Shown: positions 52,579-62,852, counted from the stretch's first letter. The stretch is 64,000 nucleotides of DNA from Pseudomonadota bacterium (GCA_030685065.1 JAUXQH010000095.1:142855-206854); one strand, 5' to 3'. The notes: generated by a model not told the origin, from the sequence alone. Program-made: numbers and translations.

Positions 52579-53607
52579 CTAGGCGGACGGCGAGACGCGC
52601 CGACGCCGACCCGCAAACCCCGCGGCGAGGACGATCCCCGCCAGGCCCCAGGCGCCCGCGCCCGAGGAGCAGCCGCAGCCTCCACCCTCGACGGTAAACC
52701 CGCCCTCGAGCGTGTCCGAGGCGCCGCTCGGCGTGTTCACGAGCACGTCGTGGGTTCCGGCGGAGAGCGAGCTGGGGGACGTGCCGGAGAGGGCGGTGTC
52801 GCCGGAGAGCTGCACGTTGGAGACGGCGAGCCCCCCGATGAACACGGTGGAGCCCGCCTCGAAGCCCTCGCCGAGGATGGCGATGCTGACGGCCTCGCCT
52901 TCCTTCGCCGTGGAGGGCGTCACGGACGCGATCGAGACCGGACCGTCGTCCGTGTCGTCCGTGTCGTCCCCCCCATCCGTGTCGCCACCGGTGTCGTCAC
53001 CCCCGCTGCCCGACCCCTCGCCCGCAGCCGCCCGGATGATCCAGCTACCGGCCACGAACCCCGACAACGGGAGGACCTCGCTCCCGTAGTAGAGCCAGTT
53101 GCCGGCGCTCGGCGACGAGGTGTCGATCACGATGCCGGACGTGTCGCGCTCGCTCGTGCGGGGCCAGGAGTAGCCGGTCTCCGGGTCGGGCGTGCACACC
53201 CACACCGCGACGCGGCCGGACGTGTAGTCGAGCGCGTAGAGGCCGTTGGCCTCATCCACGAGCGGCAACTCGAGGATGTACTCGGACGAGATGTTCACGT
53301 AGAAGGCTTCGGGGCCCCACTCCATGTGGGACGACGAGGGGTCCTCCCCGTCCGCGAGGATCTGGAGTGACACCTCGGTCAACGTCTCCGTGCCGTCCTG
53401 GTTGCCGGTGTTGCTGCCCAGGTAGACGTACACAAAATCGATCGCCAGCGGCAGATCCGCCGCGTCGGCCGTCAGGACGGTGACGGCACACTCGGGGTAC
53501 TCGAGCCACGCGACCTGGTCGGAGGAGTCATAGGTATCGGCGGTGTTGGTGTCGTTCCGCAACACCACCTGCGTCGCCAGGGCGACACTTACGGGAAAGA
53601 GCAGCAT
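52579..53607 (-). CDS. secreted protein with C-terminal MYXO-CTERM sorting domain
   Basis: N-terminal signal MLLFPVSVALATQV. Ser/Gly/Asp/Thr-rich linker. C-terminus GGGCGCSSGAGAWGLAGIVLAAGFAGRRRRVSPSA shows GCGC + hydrophobic helix + RRRR. Confidence 0.8.
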   Translation of the reverse strand: MLLFPVSVALATQVVLRNDTNTADTYDSSDQVAWLEYPECAVTVLTADAADLPLAIDFVYVYLGSNTGNQDGTETLTEVSLQILADGEDPSSSHMEWGPEAFYVNISSEYILELPLVDEANGLYALDYTSGRVAVWVCTPDPETGYSWPRTSERDTSGIVIDTSSPSAGNWLYYGSEVLPLSGFVAGSWIIRAAAGEGSGSGGDDTGGDTDGGDDTDDTDDGPVSIASVTPSTAKEGEAVSIAILGEGFEAGSTVFIGGLAVSNVQLSGDTALSGTSPSSLSAGTHDVLVNTPSGASDTLEGGFTVEGGGCGCSSGAGAWGLAGIVLAAGFAGRRRRVSPSA

Positions 53608-53660
53608 GAGCGCCTCCGAAAGGGGAGGCTACCACGCCTCCGCCTGCTCAGTCCGCCTGC

Positions 53661-54359
53661 TCAGTCCGCCCGCTTCCCGTCCCCGCAGAGCACCCGCACG
53701 TGGAGGTGGTCCTGGTGATGCGGCGCGTGCCGCAGGATGCCGGTGTGCTCCCAGACGGCGCGGGTGCCCTCGACCGGAAAGATCCGCGCAGCCTCCGCTT
53801 CGGTGAGGAGGCCCGCAGACTGCACGTAGGCGTGCAGGCGGTCGATGTGCTTGCGGTCGAGCAGGATGAAGTGTACGTTCCCCGTGGACAACATCGTGCT
53901 GATGAGGGTCCACGTGGCCTCGACGTCGAGCTCGGAGGGGGCGAGCTGGGTGAAGCCGCGGCTGTGCTGCCAGCCATCCTTCCGGTAGATCCCCACGTCC
54001 GCGTCGATCCCGCCGCGGTGCGAGAGGTGGCCGGCGAGGTAGCCGCCGTTCCGCGACGAGATGTCACCCACCACGAAGGGAGAAGCCTGGGGGAGCAGCC
54101 AGCTCATGTGGCGCCCCGCCTCGACCAGCAGGTCGACCATGGTTGCGGAGCCCCAGGAGCCGTTGGGCTGGGCCCGTACGTAGAAGAGCGGGAGGTCGGG
54201 GAGCAACACCCCGTCCTCGAGGTACTGATCGGAACAAGCGCTGCTTGCGCCGGTGTCATCGTTGACGGCCACCATTTCGGTCGCGAGCAGCTCCCCCTCG
54301 AGGGTGGGACCATACTCCGCGGCGAACGCCGTCATTGTGACGAACCAAGCCAAGGTCAA
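53661..54359 (-). CDS. penicillin-insensitive murein endopeptidase-like (MepA / peptidase M74-like)
   Basis: ...GDISSRNGGYLAGHLSHRGGIDADVGIY...HFILLDRKHIDRLHAY...HQDHLHVRV..., His/Asp metal-ligand pattern of MepA. Confidence 0.65.
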   Translation of the reverse strand: MTLAWFVTMTAFAAEYGPTLEGELLATEMVAVNDDTGASSACSDQYLEDGVLLPDLPLFYVRAQPNGSWGSATMVDLLVEAGRHMSWLLPQASPFVVGDISSRNGGYLAGHLSHRGGIDADVGIYRKDGWQHSRGFTQLAPSELDVEATWTLISTMLSTGNVHFILLDRKHIDRLHAYVQSAGLLTEAEAARIFPVEGTRAVWEHTGILRHAPHHQDHLHVRVLCGDGKRAD

Positions 54360-54495
54360 ATACTCATCCTCCGCACGTCTACTCTCGCTGGGAGCGCGAC
54401 CTTAGCAACGGGCCTCCCCGATGGGAAGCGACCCGCGCAAGAAATTACGCACCCCTGCGTAGCGCCGTTCGCCTAGAAACCCGCTGGGCTCGGCC

Positions 54496-55713
54496 TCAGC
54501 GCAGGTTTGCTCTTGACGCGTCTTTTGATGTCCTCGCCCTCACAGACTCGTCAGAATCGGAGGGAATCGGTAGAGGGGTGGAGCTTGGATGCGGCGATGC
54601 CGCGGGAAGCGTCGTAAGTTCAGTGCAATTATTACACGTGGCGAGCCTCTCCAGCGCCGGGATCAGGCGCGACGCTTCGACCGCACCCCACCACCGCTCG
54701 AGCACGAGCGTGCGCCCTTCCCTCCGCGCCTCGATCCGCCCTACGAGCGCGCCATCCGCGAGGATCGGGCAGACGTAGTAGCCCCAGGTGCGTTCGGACG
54801 CGGGCTTGTAGATCTCCCAGATGTAGTCGAAGTCGAAGGCCTCGCGCACCAGCGCGCGGTCCCACACGAGCGCGTCGAGCGGCCCGAGAATGCGCACCGC
54901 GCCGTCGTCCGGGGGCGGCGGGGGCGGGTCGGGCAGCAGCAGGTAGGGCCGGCGGCCCACGCGCACCTCGAGCAGGCGCCCCTCCGCGAGCAGGCGCTCC
55001 ACGGTGCCGTCGACGCGGGTCTCGGCCAGCATCGACCAGGTGGGGCCGCCAGCGCGCGCCAGCAGGCCCGCCGAGCGCACCCGTGCGAGCAGCATCGACT
55101 CGCCGAAGTCCCCCTCCGCGGTGGCCGTGGCCCAGGGCCCCAGCGCGGCCTCCGGTGAGGCGTACAGCCGCCTGCCGCGCGCGTCCCGCCCGCTCGCCAC
55201 GACCTCGCACCGGGTCCACAACACCTCGACGGCCAGCGCCGCGAGGCTGGTGGTGCCCTTCCAGCCGCTCCAGTCCATCGCCTCGGTCTGGCCGCGGGGC
55301 GTGAGCTCCTGGGCGCTCACGGGGCCGCGCGCGTGGACCTCGGCACGCACGTCGTCCAGCAGCGAAGCCGGGATGCGCTTCATGCGGTCGGAGTGACGCC
55401 ACCAGGGGGTCTCCACGGCGCGGCCCCGGTAGTGCGCGAAGTAGCGCCCGTGCAGGAGGCAGCGCTCCTTGGCGAAGTGCTCGAAGCTGGAGCCCCGCGC
55501 GTGGCGGTACAGGTCGCCCCGCCCGAGCCCCTCCACTCGCGCGAACGCGACGAGGTCCGCGTTGGTGCCCACACGATCGATCGGGTCGATCTGGATGGCG
55601 CCGACACGATCCAGGAGCGCGCGCACGCCCTCGCCGCCCGCGCCGAGGGACTCACCGAGGGCGGCGGCGCCGAGCAGCACGCGCCGCGCTTCGGCGGGAG
55701 AGAGGGAATGCAT
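54496..55713 (-). CDS. winged-helix DNA-binding domain protein (YcaQ/AlkZ-like crosslink-repair glycosylase family)
   Basis: ...FAKERCLLHGRYFAHYRG...WSGWKGTTS...ALVWDRALVREAFDFDYIWEIYKP...WGYYVCPIL.DGALVGRIEARRE, conserved YcaQ blocks. The last ~45 codons are low-complexity, so the true stop is uncertain. Confidence 0.65.
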   Translation of the reverse strand: MHSLSPAEARRVLLGAAALGESLGAGGEGVRALLDRVGAIQIDPIDRVGTNADLVAFARVEGLGRGDLYRHARGSSFEHFAKERCLLHGRYFAHYRGRAVETPWWRHSDRMKRIPASLLDDVRAEVHARGPVSAQELTPRGQTEAMDWSGWKGTTSLAALAVEVLWTRCEVVASGRDARGRRLYASPEAALGPWATATAEGDFGESMLLARVRSAGLLARAGGPTWSMLAETRVDGTVERLLAEGRLLEVRVGRRPYLLLPDPPPPPPDDGAVRILGPLDALVWDRALVREAFDFDYIWEIYKPASERTWGYYVCPILADGALVGRIEARREGRTLVLERWWGAVEASRLIPALERLATCNNCTELTTLPAASPHPSSTPLPIPSDSDESVRARTSKDASRANLR

Positions 55714-55778
55714 CGGGACGGACTAACTCCCCGCTCCGGCGAACCGAAGCGGGGCTCGTTGCGATCGAAGCGCGGGCT

Positions 55779-58700
55779 CTACGCCCGGTCTTCGTCCGCC
55801 GCGACGACCTCGACCGGAGCGGCGTCCTCGGGGGAGGCGTCGACCGGATCCGCGTCGACCGGCCCCACGTCCGCGAGCGGCGGGACCACGACCACGTCGT
55901 CGTCACCACCGGACTCGCCGCCGGCCTCGGCGTCCATCAGCAGGTCCGGCTCGATCGCTTCGGCCGCCTCGACGCCCTCGGCGGCGTCCACGCCGTCCAA
56001 GCCCGCCTCGGCACCCTCGGATCCTTCCGCGCCGGCCTCGGCGCCTTCCGCACCCTCGGCACCCCCGCGACCGCCACGACGGCGGCGGCGCTGGGTGGTC
56101 TTGCCCGGCTCGCGGCGCGCACCACCGACCGGCGGCGCGATCACCGCGGTGCCTTCGGCGGCCTTGATGACCTCCGAGTACGCGCCGCTCTCGATGAGCG
56201 TGCGGACGCGGGCCACGGCGTCGTCATAGCGGGGGCGCGCCGAGCTGTCCTTCGGGGAGCGCTCGACGGCGCGCTGGTACTCCGGCAGCGCCGCGAAGAG
56301 CTGGCCCTGGGCCTCGGCGAGCTCGCCGCGCACGAAGAACGCCTCGTGCGACGCGGGCTCGAGGCGCACGGCCTTCTCGAGAAGGGTCGCCGCTTCGGCC
56401 CAGGCCTGGCGGCGGATCGCGATCCGGGCCCGCAGGACGAGGGGGAGCGAGGCCTTCTCGTCGAGCTTCTGGGCCTTCTTCAGCGCCCAGTCGGCCCGCT
56501 CGAGGTCGCCATTGCGGGCGAGCACGAGCCGCGCCAGGTAGACGTGGGCGAGCATGTTCTTCGCGTCCGCCGCGATCGCGGCGGAGAGCAGATCGTCCGC
56601 CTGCTTGGCCCGCTCCTCGTCTTCGCCGCCGCGCTCCACCAGCAGCGCGCCGAGGCGCGCCATGTGCAGCGCATTGTCGGGATCGAGCCGGCGGGCCTCC
56701 CCGAGGGCGGCCTCCGCGAGGTCGAAGTGGCTCGCGCCCTGGCGCAGGTAGATCTCGCCGAGGAGCCCGTAGGTGTCGGGCATCATCGGCTCGAGGTCCA
56801 TCGCCTCCTTGAGCACGGTCACCGCGTCTTCCGCGCGGTTCTGGTCGAGGTAGATGCCCGCGAGGCGGCGCTTGAGGCGCGCATTCTCCGGGAACACCGC
56901 GGCGCCGCGCTCGAGCGCGCCCGCCGCGCGACCGCGGCCGGAGGTGCCCTTGAGCTGGTGCCAGCTGGCCTCGGTGTGGAACGCCTCGGGGGTGGGCCCG
57001 AGGGCCTGCGCGGTGGCGTAGACCTCTTGAATCGGCTCGACGGGGGCCTTGAGGCCGACCATGAGCTCGGCCTTGAGGAGCTGGAGCTCGGTGTTCGCCG
57101 GGTCCTGCTTGAGCACCTCGACGAGGCGCTGCTCGGCGAGGTCGGGGCGAGCCTTCTTCGAGCGGATCAGGCCGCGCACGGACTCGAGCACCGGATCGTT
57201 GTCCGGGTACGGGATCCGCATGCGGTTGCGCACACGATGCGCCTCGAAGAGCAGCCGGTTGCCCTCTTGGGCGAGGGCGAGCTTCTGCATGCCCTCGGCC
57301 TTGGTGGCGCGGCCCAGGTAGTGGTCACCCAGCGCCTCGAGCAGGCGGAAGTCGCTCGTTTCGCGGTGGCCGAGCACGCTGTTTACGAGGGGGTGGACGT
57401 GCCAGGTGCGCTCGCCGACGGCGTCGGGGAGCTGGTCGAGCAGGCCACGCGCCTGGAGCGCGAGGCGCACGTTGCGCGTGACCTCGACGATCTCGGCGTC
57501 CGCCGAGGTGTAGGGCATGCGGAAGTGCGCGAGCATCCCGAGGGCGATGCGCTCCTCCTCGGTGAGGTGCTCGACCGCCTTCTGGATGCGGCGGCGGATG
57601 GGCTCGACATCCCCGATGGTGTCCATCTGGAAGAAGCTCTTCTTGGCGAGGAGCTCCTCCCGATCCGGGGCTTCACGCACGGCGATGGCGAACATGCGCG
57701 CCGCCATCGGGTGGCCGTGGATGCGGTTCTGGATGTCGCCGAAGTGATCGCGCGGGAAGTCCTCGACGCGGTACGCGTCGAAGATCTCGTGCAGCTCGCG
57801 ACCCTTGAGCCCGGCGAGCTCGAGCGCGCCGAGCGTGAGGCCCTCGCCTTCGCGGTAGAAGCGCGGGCGAATGGTCGACAGGAACACGATGCGGGCGCCG
57901 CCCTCGGCGAGCAGCAACGCGCGGAGGAGCAGCTCGAAGCGGCCCTCGCGGTGGAACGTGCCGTCGCGACGGAGCACATGCTCGAGGCGATCGATGACCA
58001 TGACGCGGTCGGCCATGACCGGGTTCGCGAGCACGGCCACGGCGATCTGGGCGAGCTCGACCGGCGCGGGCCGATTGTTGGGATCCTTCAGCGCGTCGAC
58101 CAGGCGCATGTCGCCCGCGAGCTGGCCGGCCATCGCGATGCGGGCGTACAGGCTGTCTGCCTCGGAGCCCCAGCCGACGTGGAAGTCGGGCAGCCGCGTG
58201 TAGGCCGAGCCCACGAGGGCCTGCTCCAGCAGCCAGCGCTTGCCGACGCCCATGGGGCCGGAAACGACGATGGGGCCGCCCTTGCCGAGCAGCTCGCCGA
58301 GCGCGGCGAGCTCCTCTTCGCGGCCGACGAACACCGCGCGCGGGGCGCCGCCGGTCTTCTTCTTCGGCTCTTCCGCCACGGCCGCGGCCACGGTGGCCAC
58401 CGGCGCGGGCACGGGCAGCGTGAAGAGAAGCTCCTTGGAGCGCTTCTTCTCGTGTTCGAACTTCAGCAGCCGGAGCGGCGTGGGAAGCAGGAACGGGTTG
58501 AACGCGCGCGCGGCCACCACGAGCCGGGGCTTGTGGGGCGCGGCCGCGATGATGGCCGCCAACGCGTTCAGCGCGGCGCCGTCGGCGGAGTCGGCCTCGA
58601 ACAGCACGATGACGCCGCTGTCCCGGCCGATCGCCGGAGCGAGGGCCTCGGCGGAGAGCGCGACGGCGGGGGCGGGGATGTCGGTGCCGAGCACGATGGC

Positions 58701-58814
58701 AGGAATTGCGGCACGACGACGCAGCTCGCCGAGTGCCTCGGGGTCCGAGAGCGCACGCGCTCCGAACACGAGCACGCAACGGCCTTCCTGGATGGCTACT
58801 TCAACGCGGTTCAT
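55779..58814 (-). CDS. STAND-type AAA+ ATPase fused to TPR repeats, with acidic Gly/Ala/Glu-rich C-terminal tail
   Basis: Start MNRVEVAIQEGRCVLVFG, with GGGAGAAAGG SD upstream; the upstream 56 codons of the track ORF are junk. Walker A VVSGPMGVGKRWLL. Multiple TPR helices (...AEDAVTVLKEAMDLEPMMPDTYGLLGEIYLRQG...). Tail AEGAEGAEAGAEGSEGAEAG. Confidence 0.75.
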   Translation of the reverse strand: MNRVEVAIQEGRCVLVFGARALSDPEALGELRRRAAIPAIVLGTDIPAPAVALSAEALAPAIGRDSGVIVLFEADSADGAALNALAAIIAAAPHKPRLVVAARAFNPFLLPTPLRLLKFEHEKKRSKELLFTLPVPAPVATVAAAVAEEPKKKTGGAPRAVFVGREEELAALGELLGKGGPIVVSGPMGVGKRWLLEQALVGSAYTRLPDFHVGWGSEADSLYARIAMAGQLAGDMRLVDALKDPNNRPAPVELAQIAVAVLANPVMADRVMVIDRLEHVLRRDGTFHREGRFELLLRALLLAEGGARIVFLSTIRPRFYREGEGLTLGALELAGLKGRELHEIFDAYRVEDFPRDHFGDIQNRIHGHPMAARMFAIAVREAPDREELLAKKSFFQMDTIGDVEPIRRRIQKAVEHLTEEERIALGMLAHFRMPYTSADAEIVEVTRNVRLALQARGLLDQLPDAVGERTWHVHPLVNSVLGHRETSDFRLLEALGDHYLGRATKAEGMQKLALAQEGNRLLFEAHRVRNRMRIPYPDNDPVLESVRGLIRSKKARPDLAEQRLVEVLKQDPANTELQLLKAELMVGLKAPVEPIQEVYATAQALGPTPEAFHTEASWHQLKGTSGRGRAAGALERGAAVFPENARLKRRLAGIYLDQNRAEDAVTVLKEAMDLEPMMPDTYGLLGEIYLRQGASHFDLAEAALGEARRLDPDNALHMARLGALLVERGGEDEERAKQADDLLSAAIAADAKNMLAHVYLARLVLARNGDLERADWALKKAQKLDEKASLPLVLRARIAIRRQAWAEAATLLEKAVRLEPASHEAFFVRGELAEAQGQLFAALPEYQRAVERSPKDSSARPRYDDAVARVRTLIESGAYSEVIKAAEGTAVIAPPVGGARREPGKTTQRRRRRGGRGGAEGAEGAEAGAEGSEGAEAGLDGVDAAEGVEAAEAIEPDLLMDAEAGGESGGDDDVVVVPPLADVGPVDADPVDASPEDAAPVEVVAADEDRA

Positions 58815-58905
58815 ATCGACCTTTCTCCCGCTCAATCCGTCAGGGGCGCGCGCTCTAACGCAGTCTGGCCGAAGGATCGACCCGTGAACGCGCATCATTC
58901 GAGGT

Positions 58906-59580
58906 TCAGGCAGCCGGAGGGGGCTCCGCCGGGTACCCCGGAAACTCCATTCCGGCGATGCGCCCTGTAGTCCGGGCGACATGCGCGAGCCGCAACAAAT
59001 GCAGGTCCCACGGGGAATCGCCGATGGCGAACACCGGGCGGCGGCCGAAGTGCACCCACGTCGCGCGCACCTTTCCTTCCGCGCAGCTCACGATGCCGTC
59101 GACACGGTCACCCAGGATCCCGTTCCGTTCGATCAGGCGCACGCCGCGCACGTGGCGAATGCCGAGCCGGGGCGCGACCGCCTCGCCGAGCACCTCGGCG
59201 CTGCCGGTGAGGATCCATACGCGGTGGCGCCGGCCGATCGCCGCGGCGAGCTCGCAGATCGCCGCGTTCGGCGTCACGTCCCCCGCGGCGAAGGCCTCGT
59301 CGACCAGGGTTTCCACCGCCGCACGATCCAGGCCCGCCAGCGCCACGGCCGCCGCCACGCACTGGCTCACCGGATCGAGCTTTTCGTAAACCGCCCACGG
59401 ATCTTCGGTGCCGAGCCAGGCAGTCGCGGCCGCCGGGAGGGGACCGCGTGCGATCTGGCGGCGGAGCGTGGCCTCGCCGATGTCGTGGTGGATCAGGGTG
59501 CCGTCGAGGTCGAACAGCGCCTCGCCGGGAGGAAGCGCGTCGAGGGCGGCGAGGATGCCATTCATGTCGGAGAAGCTCAT
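58906..59580 (-). CDS. HAD-superfamily hydrolase
   Basis: Motif I LFDLDGTLIHHD. Motif III/IV ...GRRPVFAIGDSPWDLHLL.... The ATG overlaps the upstream gene stop (ATGA 59577-59580). Confidence 0.7.
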   Translation of the reverse strand: MSFSDMNGILAALDALPPGEALFDLDGTLIHHDIGEATLRRQIARGPLPAAATAWLGTEDPWAVYEKLDPVSQCVAAAVALAGLDRAAVETLVDEAFAAGDVTPNAAICELAAAIGRRHRVWILTGSAEVLGEAVAPRLGIRHVRGVRLIERNGILGDRVDGIVSCAEGKVRATWVHFGRRPVFAIGDSPWDLHLLRLAHVARTTGRIAGMEFPGYPAEPPPAA

Positions 59581-60587
59581 GACGACGAAAATTGCTCCAA
59601 TAGGCGTTCGACCTCGAGGTGGGCGGCGGCCTCCGCTTCGGCTTCGAGCCCGGCCTCCTCGAGGTGGGTGATCTCTTCCGCGAGGTGGCTCACGGCGCTG
59701 TCCACGACGGCGGGATCGACGCGCCCGGCCAGGTCGTCCAGGCCGCGCACGGCTGCGGCGACCTCTTCGAGCAGCTGGGCGGGCCCGCCGTCGATGGCGA
59801 GATCCTCGGGCTCGGTGTCGACGACCGCGAGCGCCGCGAAGTGGTCTCCCACGAACGTCAGGTTGTCCGCGAGCTTGTCCATCCTCGCCGCCAGCATGGA
59901 GTAGGCCGACCGGGCGGCCTTGCGCTCGTCCTCGATCTCCTGGTGGTGGCGCGCCTCGAGCTCGGCGGAGATGGGCGGGAGCGGGACCACGTCGTCCAGA
60001 TCGCGCGCGCGCTCCAGCACGATGTCCCGGTAGAACAGGATCGCGGACGCCGCGGAGTGGTAGGCGGCCGTGGCTCCGGCGAGGGCGCCCTTGCGCGCGG
60101 TGGGATCCGGTAGCTTGCCGAGCAACGGGCGCCGACGCGCCGTGATGGCGATGTGCACCCGCAGAAGCAGCACGGCGCGGGTCTTCCAGACCAGGCCCAT
60201 CACCCGCCGCATGCTCTCCGCGCGGCGATCGAGCATGACCACGTCCGCCTCGTACTTCCGGGCGAGGTCGTCGCGGTCCCCCTTCGCGCGGACTCCGTCG
60301 CGACGGGCGGCCAGGAGCTGCAGCTGCTGCTGGACGGCGCGATGGCGCTCGATGAGGCGGTCCTGCAGCTCCGCGAGGCGCCGGGGGTAGGCCAACAGAT
60401 CGGCGCCCTCCTCCGGGACGGGCAGGGGCGGCAGGTTCGTGCGCACCCCGAGCAGCGGCACCCGGCGGATGCCGGGCAACCGCCGAACGCGATGCCCCAC
60501 CCAGCCGGCCAGGTAGCCGCTGCTGAACGCGGCCGCGCCCAGGAGGATCGCCAGGAGGACGAGGGCGATCCCGATCGCCAGGGTCAT
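59577..60587 (-). CDS. hypothetical protein (N-terminal TM, helical/coiled-coil)
   Basis: MTLAIGIALVLLAILLGAAAF TM; the rest is charged and helical. Translationally coupled to the HAD gene. Confidence 0.5.
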   Translation of the reverse strand: MTLAIGIALVLLAILLGAAAFSSGYLAGWVGHRVRRLPGIRRVPLLGVRTNLPPLPVPEEGADLLAYPRRLAELQDRLIERHRAVQQQLQLLAARRDGVRAKGDRDDLARKYEADVVMLDRRAESMRRVMGLVWKTRAVLLLRVHIAITARRRPLLGKLPDPTARKGALAGATAAYHSAASAILFYRDIVLERARDLDDVVPLPPISAELEARHHQEIEDERKAARSAYSMLAARMDKLADNLTFVGDHFAALAVVDTEPEDLAIDGGPAQLLEEVAAAVRGLDDLAGRVDPAVVDSAVSHLAEEITHLEEAGLEAEAEAAAHLEVERLLEQFSSS

Positions 60588-60596
60588 GGGGTCACG

Positions 60597-61211
60597 CTAA
60601 CCGATCACCGGGGCGAGCCCCCGGCGAAACAGCGCTGTCACCTCGCCGGGCACACTCTCCGGGTCGATCCTCGCATCTCCCGCCAACCAGCCCTCCACCA
60701 GGCGCTCCACCCCGCCCACGATGGCCAGGGCGACCGCGTGGGGAGCGTGGGGGCGGAGAACCCCGTGGGCCACCGCGTCTTCCAGGATGTCCTCCGTGTG
60801 GGCGACGATGGACGCCGCGCAGGCGCGCACCGCTTCCCCGGCGGGACCGGGGCTCCGCGACTCCGCGAAGTACAGGCGCACCTCGTCCGCGCGCTCCGCG
60901 AGGAGCGCCGCGAGCTGGAAGCCGAGCACCGCGTACACCGGGAAGGTGCTCTCGGCGTCCGGACACGCCGCGAGGTCACGGCGCGCCGTCGTGAGGACCG
61001 CGCCCACCGGCGCAACGAAGCCGTCGATCAAGGCCACGAAGAGCGCCTCCTTGTCACGAAAGTACAGGTAGAACGTGCCCCGCGCCACCCCCGCATCGGC
61101 CGCGATGCGCTCCACGCTCGCCGCCGACCACCCCTCCTGGAGGAAGGCGTGAAGGCCCGCCGCCAGGAGGCGCTCGCGCTTGTCCGCCTTGTTCTGTTCG
61201 CGCCTTCCCAT
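60597..61211 (-). CDS. TetR/AcrR family transcriptional regulator
   Basis: KRERLLAAGLHAFLQEGWSAASVERIAADAGVARGTFYLYFRDKEALF, the TetR_N HTH. Divergent from the hydroxylase gene. Confidence 0.85.
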   Translation of the reverse strand: MGRREQNKADKRERLLAAGLHAFLQEGWSAASVERIAADAGVARGTFYLYFRDKEALFVALIDGFVAPVGAVLTTARRDLAACPDAESTFPVYAVLGFQLAALLAERADEVRLYFAESRSPGPAGEAVRACAASIVAHTEDILEDAVAHGVLRPHAPHAVALAIVGGVERLVEGWLAGDARIDPESVPGEVTALFRRGLAPVIG

Positions 61212-61315
61212 GGCGCGCCTTCTATCGCGCCGAAAAAGATGACGATGGTGTCAGATCTGTTTATGACCTTGTTTATGACACACTCGTCATTCTTTCGGTC
61301 GGCATTCAATCCGCC

Positions 61316-61894
61316 GTGGTTCGGCGGCACGCGGAGCACCCCATGATCGGCTTGATCGGCATCCCCCTGGGCCTGCTCACCTGCAACGCAGCCGAGTGGC
61401 TGATCCACAAGTACGTGCTGCACGGGCTCGGTCGTGACCGAGCGAGCTTCTGGAACTTCCACCTGGACGAGCACCACGTCGCTGCCCTACGTACACGCGG
61501 CCGGGATCCCGCCTACGAACAATCGCCGTTCCAGTGGAATGCGCAGGGCCGCGAGCTCCTCGGGCTCGTCCTCCTCTCCGTGCCGGTCGCCGCGCTCTTC
61601 CCCGTCGCGCCCATCTTCGCGGGCACGCTCGTGTATGGCGGAATCAACTACTACCGCTGCCACCGCCGCTCGCACCTCGATCCCGCCTGGGCGAGGGAGA
61701 AGCTCCCCTGGCATTACGACCACCACATGGGCCCCGATCAGGAGGCGAACTGGTGCGTCACCCGCCCCTGGTGCGATCAGCTGATGGGAACCCGCCGTCC
61801 CTACGCGGGAACGGACGCCGAGGCGAGCAAGGATGCCCGGCGCGAACGCATCCGTGAGGCGCGGCAAGCGGTAAACGCCGGTTCCGGATCTTGA
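61316..61894 (+). CDS. fatty acid hydroxylase / sterol desaturase-family membrane protein (His-box di-iron enzyme); alternative start ATG 61343
   Basis: Three His boxes: HKYVLHG, HLDEHH, HYDHHMG. Confidence 0.7.
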   Translation: MVRRHAEHPMIGLIGIPLGLLTCNAAEWLIHKYVLHGLGRDRASFWNFHLDEHHVAALRTRGRDPAYEQSPFQWNAQGRELLGLVLLSVPVAALFPVAPIFAGTLVYGGINYYRCHRRSHLDPAWAREKLPWHYDHHMGPDQEANWCVTRPWCDQLMGTRRPYAGTDAEASKDARRERIREARQAVNAGSGS

Positions 61895-61916
61895 CGGGCG
61901 CGGGGGAAACGTCTAG

Positions 61917-62846
61917 ATGGGCCGGCCGATCGAGGTCCTCATGTCCCGTTTCCTCCTCCCCCTCCTCGTGATCCTGACCGCCTGCGAGCCGCCGCCGCCG
62001 CCCATCCCCGGCGAGGTCGAGCGCGTCGGTGAGGTTCTTCAGATCGTCAACGGACAGAACGTGACGCAGGGCATGGTCGACGCCACCCTCGCGCAGCTGC
62101 CCGCCAACGTGCGCGACCAGGTGATCGCCAAGGGCCAGCTCGCCCAGGTCAAGGACCAGGTCGTCATCGGCGAGCTCCTCTACCAAGAGGCGATCAAGCA
62201 GAAGCTGCACGAGAAGCCCGAGACCAAGCAGAGCCTCGCGCTGTCCGCCCGCAACGCGCTCGCGAACGCCCTGCTCGAGGACGTCGTCAAGCAGCGCACG
62301 ACCGACGAGGCCGTGAAGACCTGGTACAACGACCACCTCGTCCAGTTCGCCAAGCCCCAGGTCAAGGCGCGCCACATCCTCGTGGCCGACAAGGCCGAGG
62401 CCGACAAGCTCCTCGCCGACGTCAAGGGCGGGGCCGACTTCTCCAAGATCGCCGCGGAGAAGAGCACGGACAAGGGCTCTGCCAAGGAAGGCGGGGATCT
62501 GGGCTGGTTCGAGCGCGGCCGCATGGTGCCCGAGTTCGCGGACGCCGCGTTCGCCGGTGAAAAGGGCGCCGTCGTGGGCCCGATCGCCAGCAAGTACGGG
62601 TTCCACATCATCTCGATCGACGACAAGCGCGAGGCCATCCCCGTCGAGGAGGTGGCCGACAAGATCAAGTCGCAGCTCCGCAACGACGTGGTCGAAGCCT
62701 ACATCGAAGAGATCAAGAAGGGCGCCACGATGACCACGCCGACCGCCCCCGCGGCCGGTGGCGCGACCGTGTCCCCGGCGGCCGTGCAGACGGACGCCGC
62801 GCCCGGTGCAGCGCCCGCTACGCCCCCCGCCCCCGCTCCCCACTAG
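61917..62846 (+). CDS. parvulin-type peptidyl-prolyl cis-trans isomerase lipoprotein (PrsA/SurA-like)
   Basis: LLPLLVILTAC lipobox. PpiC domain KARHILV...KSTDKGSAKEGGDLGWFERGRMVPEFADAAF...KYGFHII. Pro/Ala-rich tail. Confidence 0.8.
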   Translation: MGRPIEVLMSRFLLPLLVILTACEPPPPPIPGEVERVGEVLQIVNGQNVTQGMVDATLAQLPANVRDQVIAKGQLAQVKDQVVIGELLYQEAIKQKLHEKPETKQSLALSARNALANALLEDVVKQRTTDEAVKTWYNDHLVQFAKPQVKARHILVADKAEADKLLADVKGGADFSKIAAEKSTDKGSAKEGGDLGWFERGRMVPEFADAAFAGEKGAVVGPIASKYGFHIISIDDKREAIPVEEVADKIKSQLRNDVVEAYIEEIKKGATMTTPTAPAAGGATVSPAAVQTDAAPGAAPATPPAPAPH

Positions 62847-62852
62847 GTCGGC

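Noticed and set aside
54360-54620. Lower-GC stretch with a TTGACG-like element upstream of the YcaQ-like gene, considered as promoter or small RNA
   Set aside because: I could not pair the -35-like hexamer with a convincing -10 at correct spacing, nor find a stable structure or ORF. The lower GC may just reflect an intergenic/3' region.
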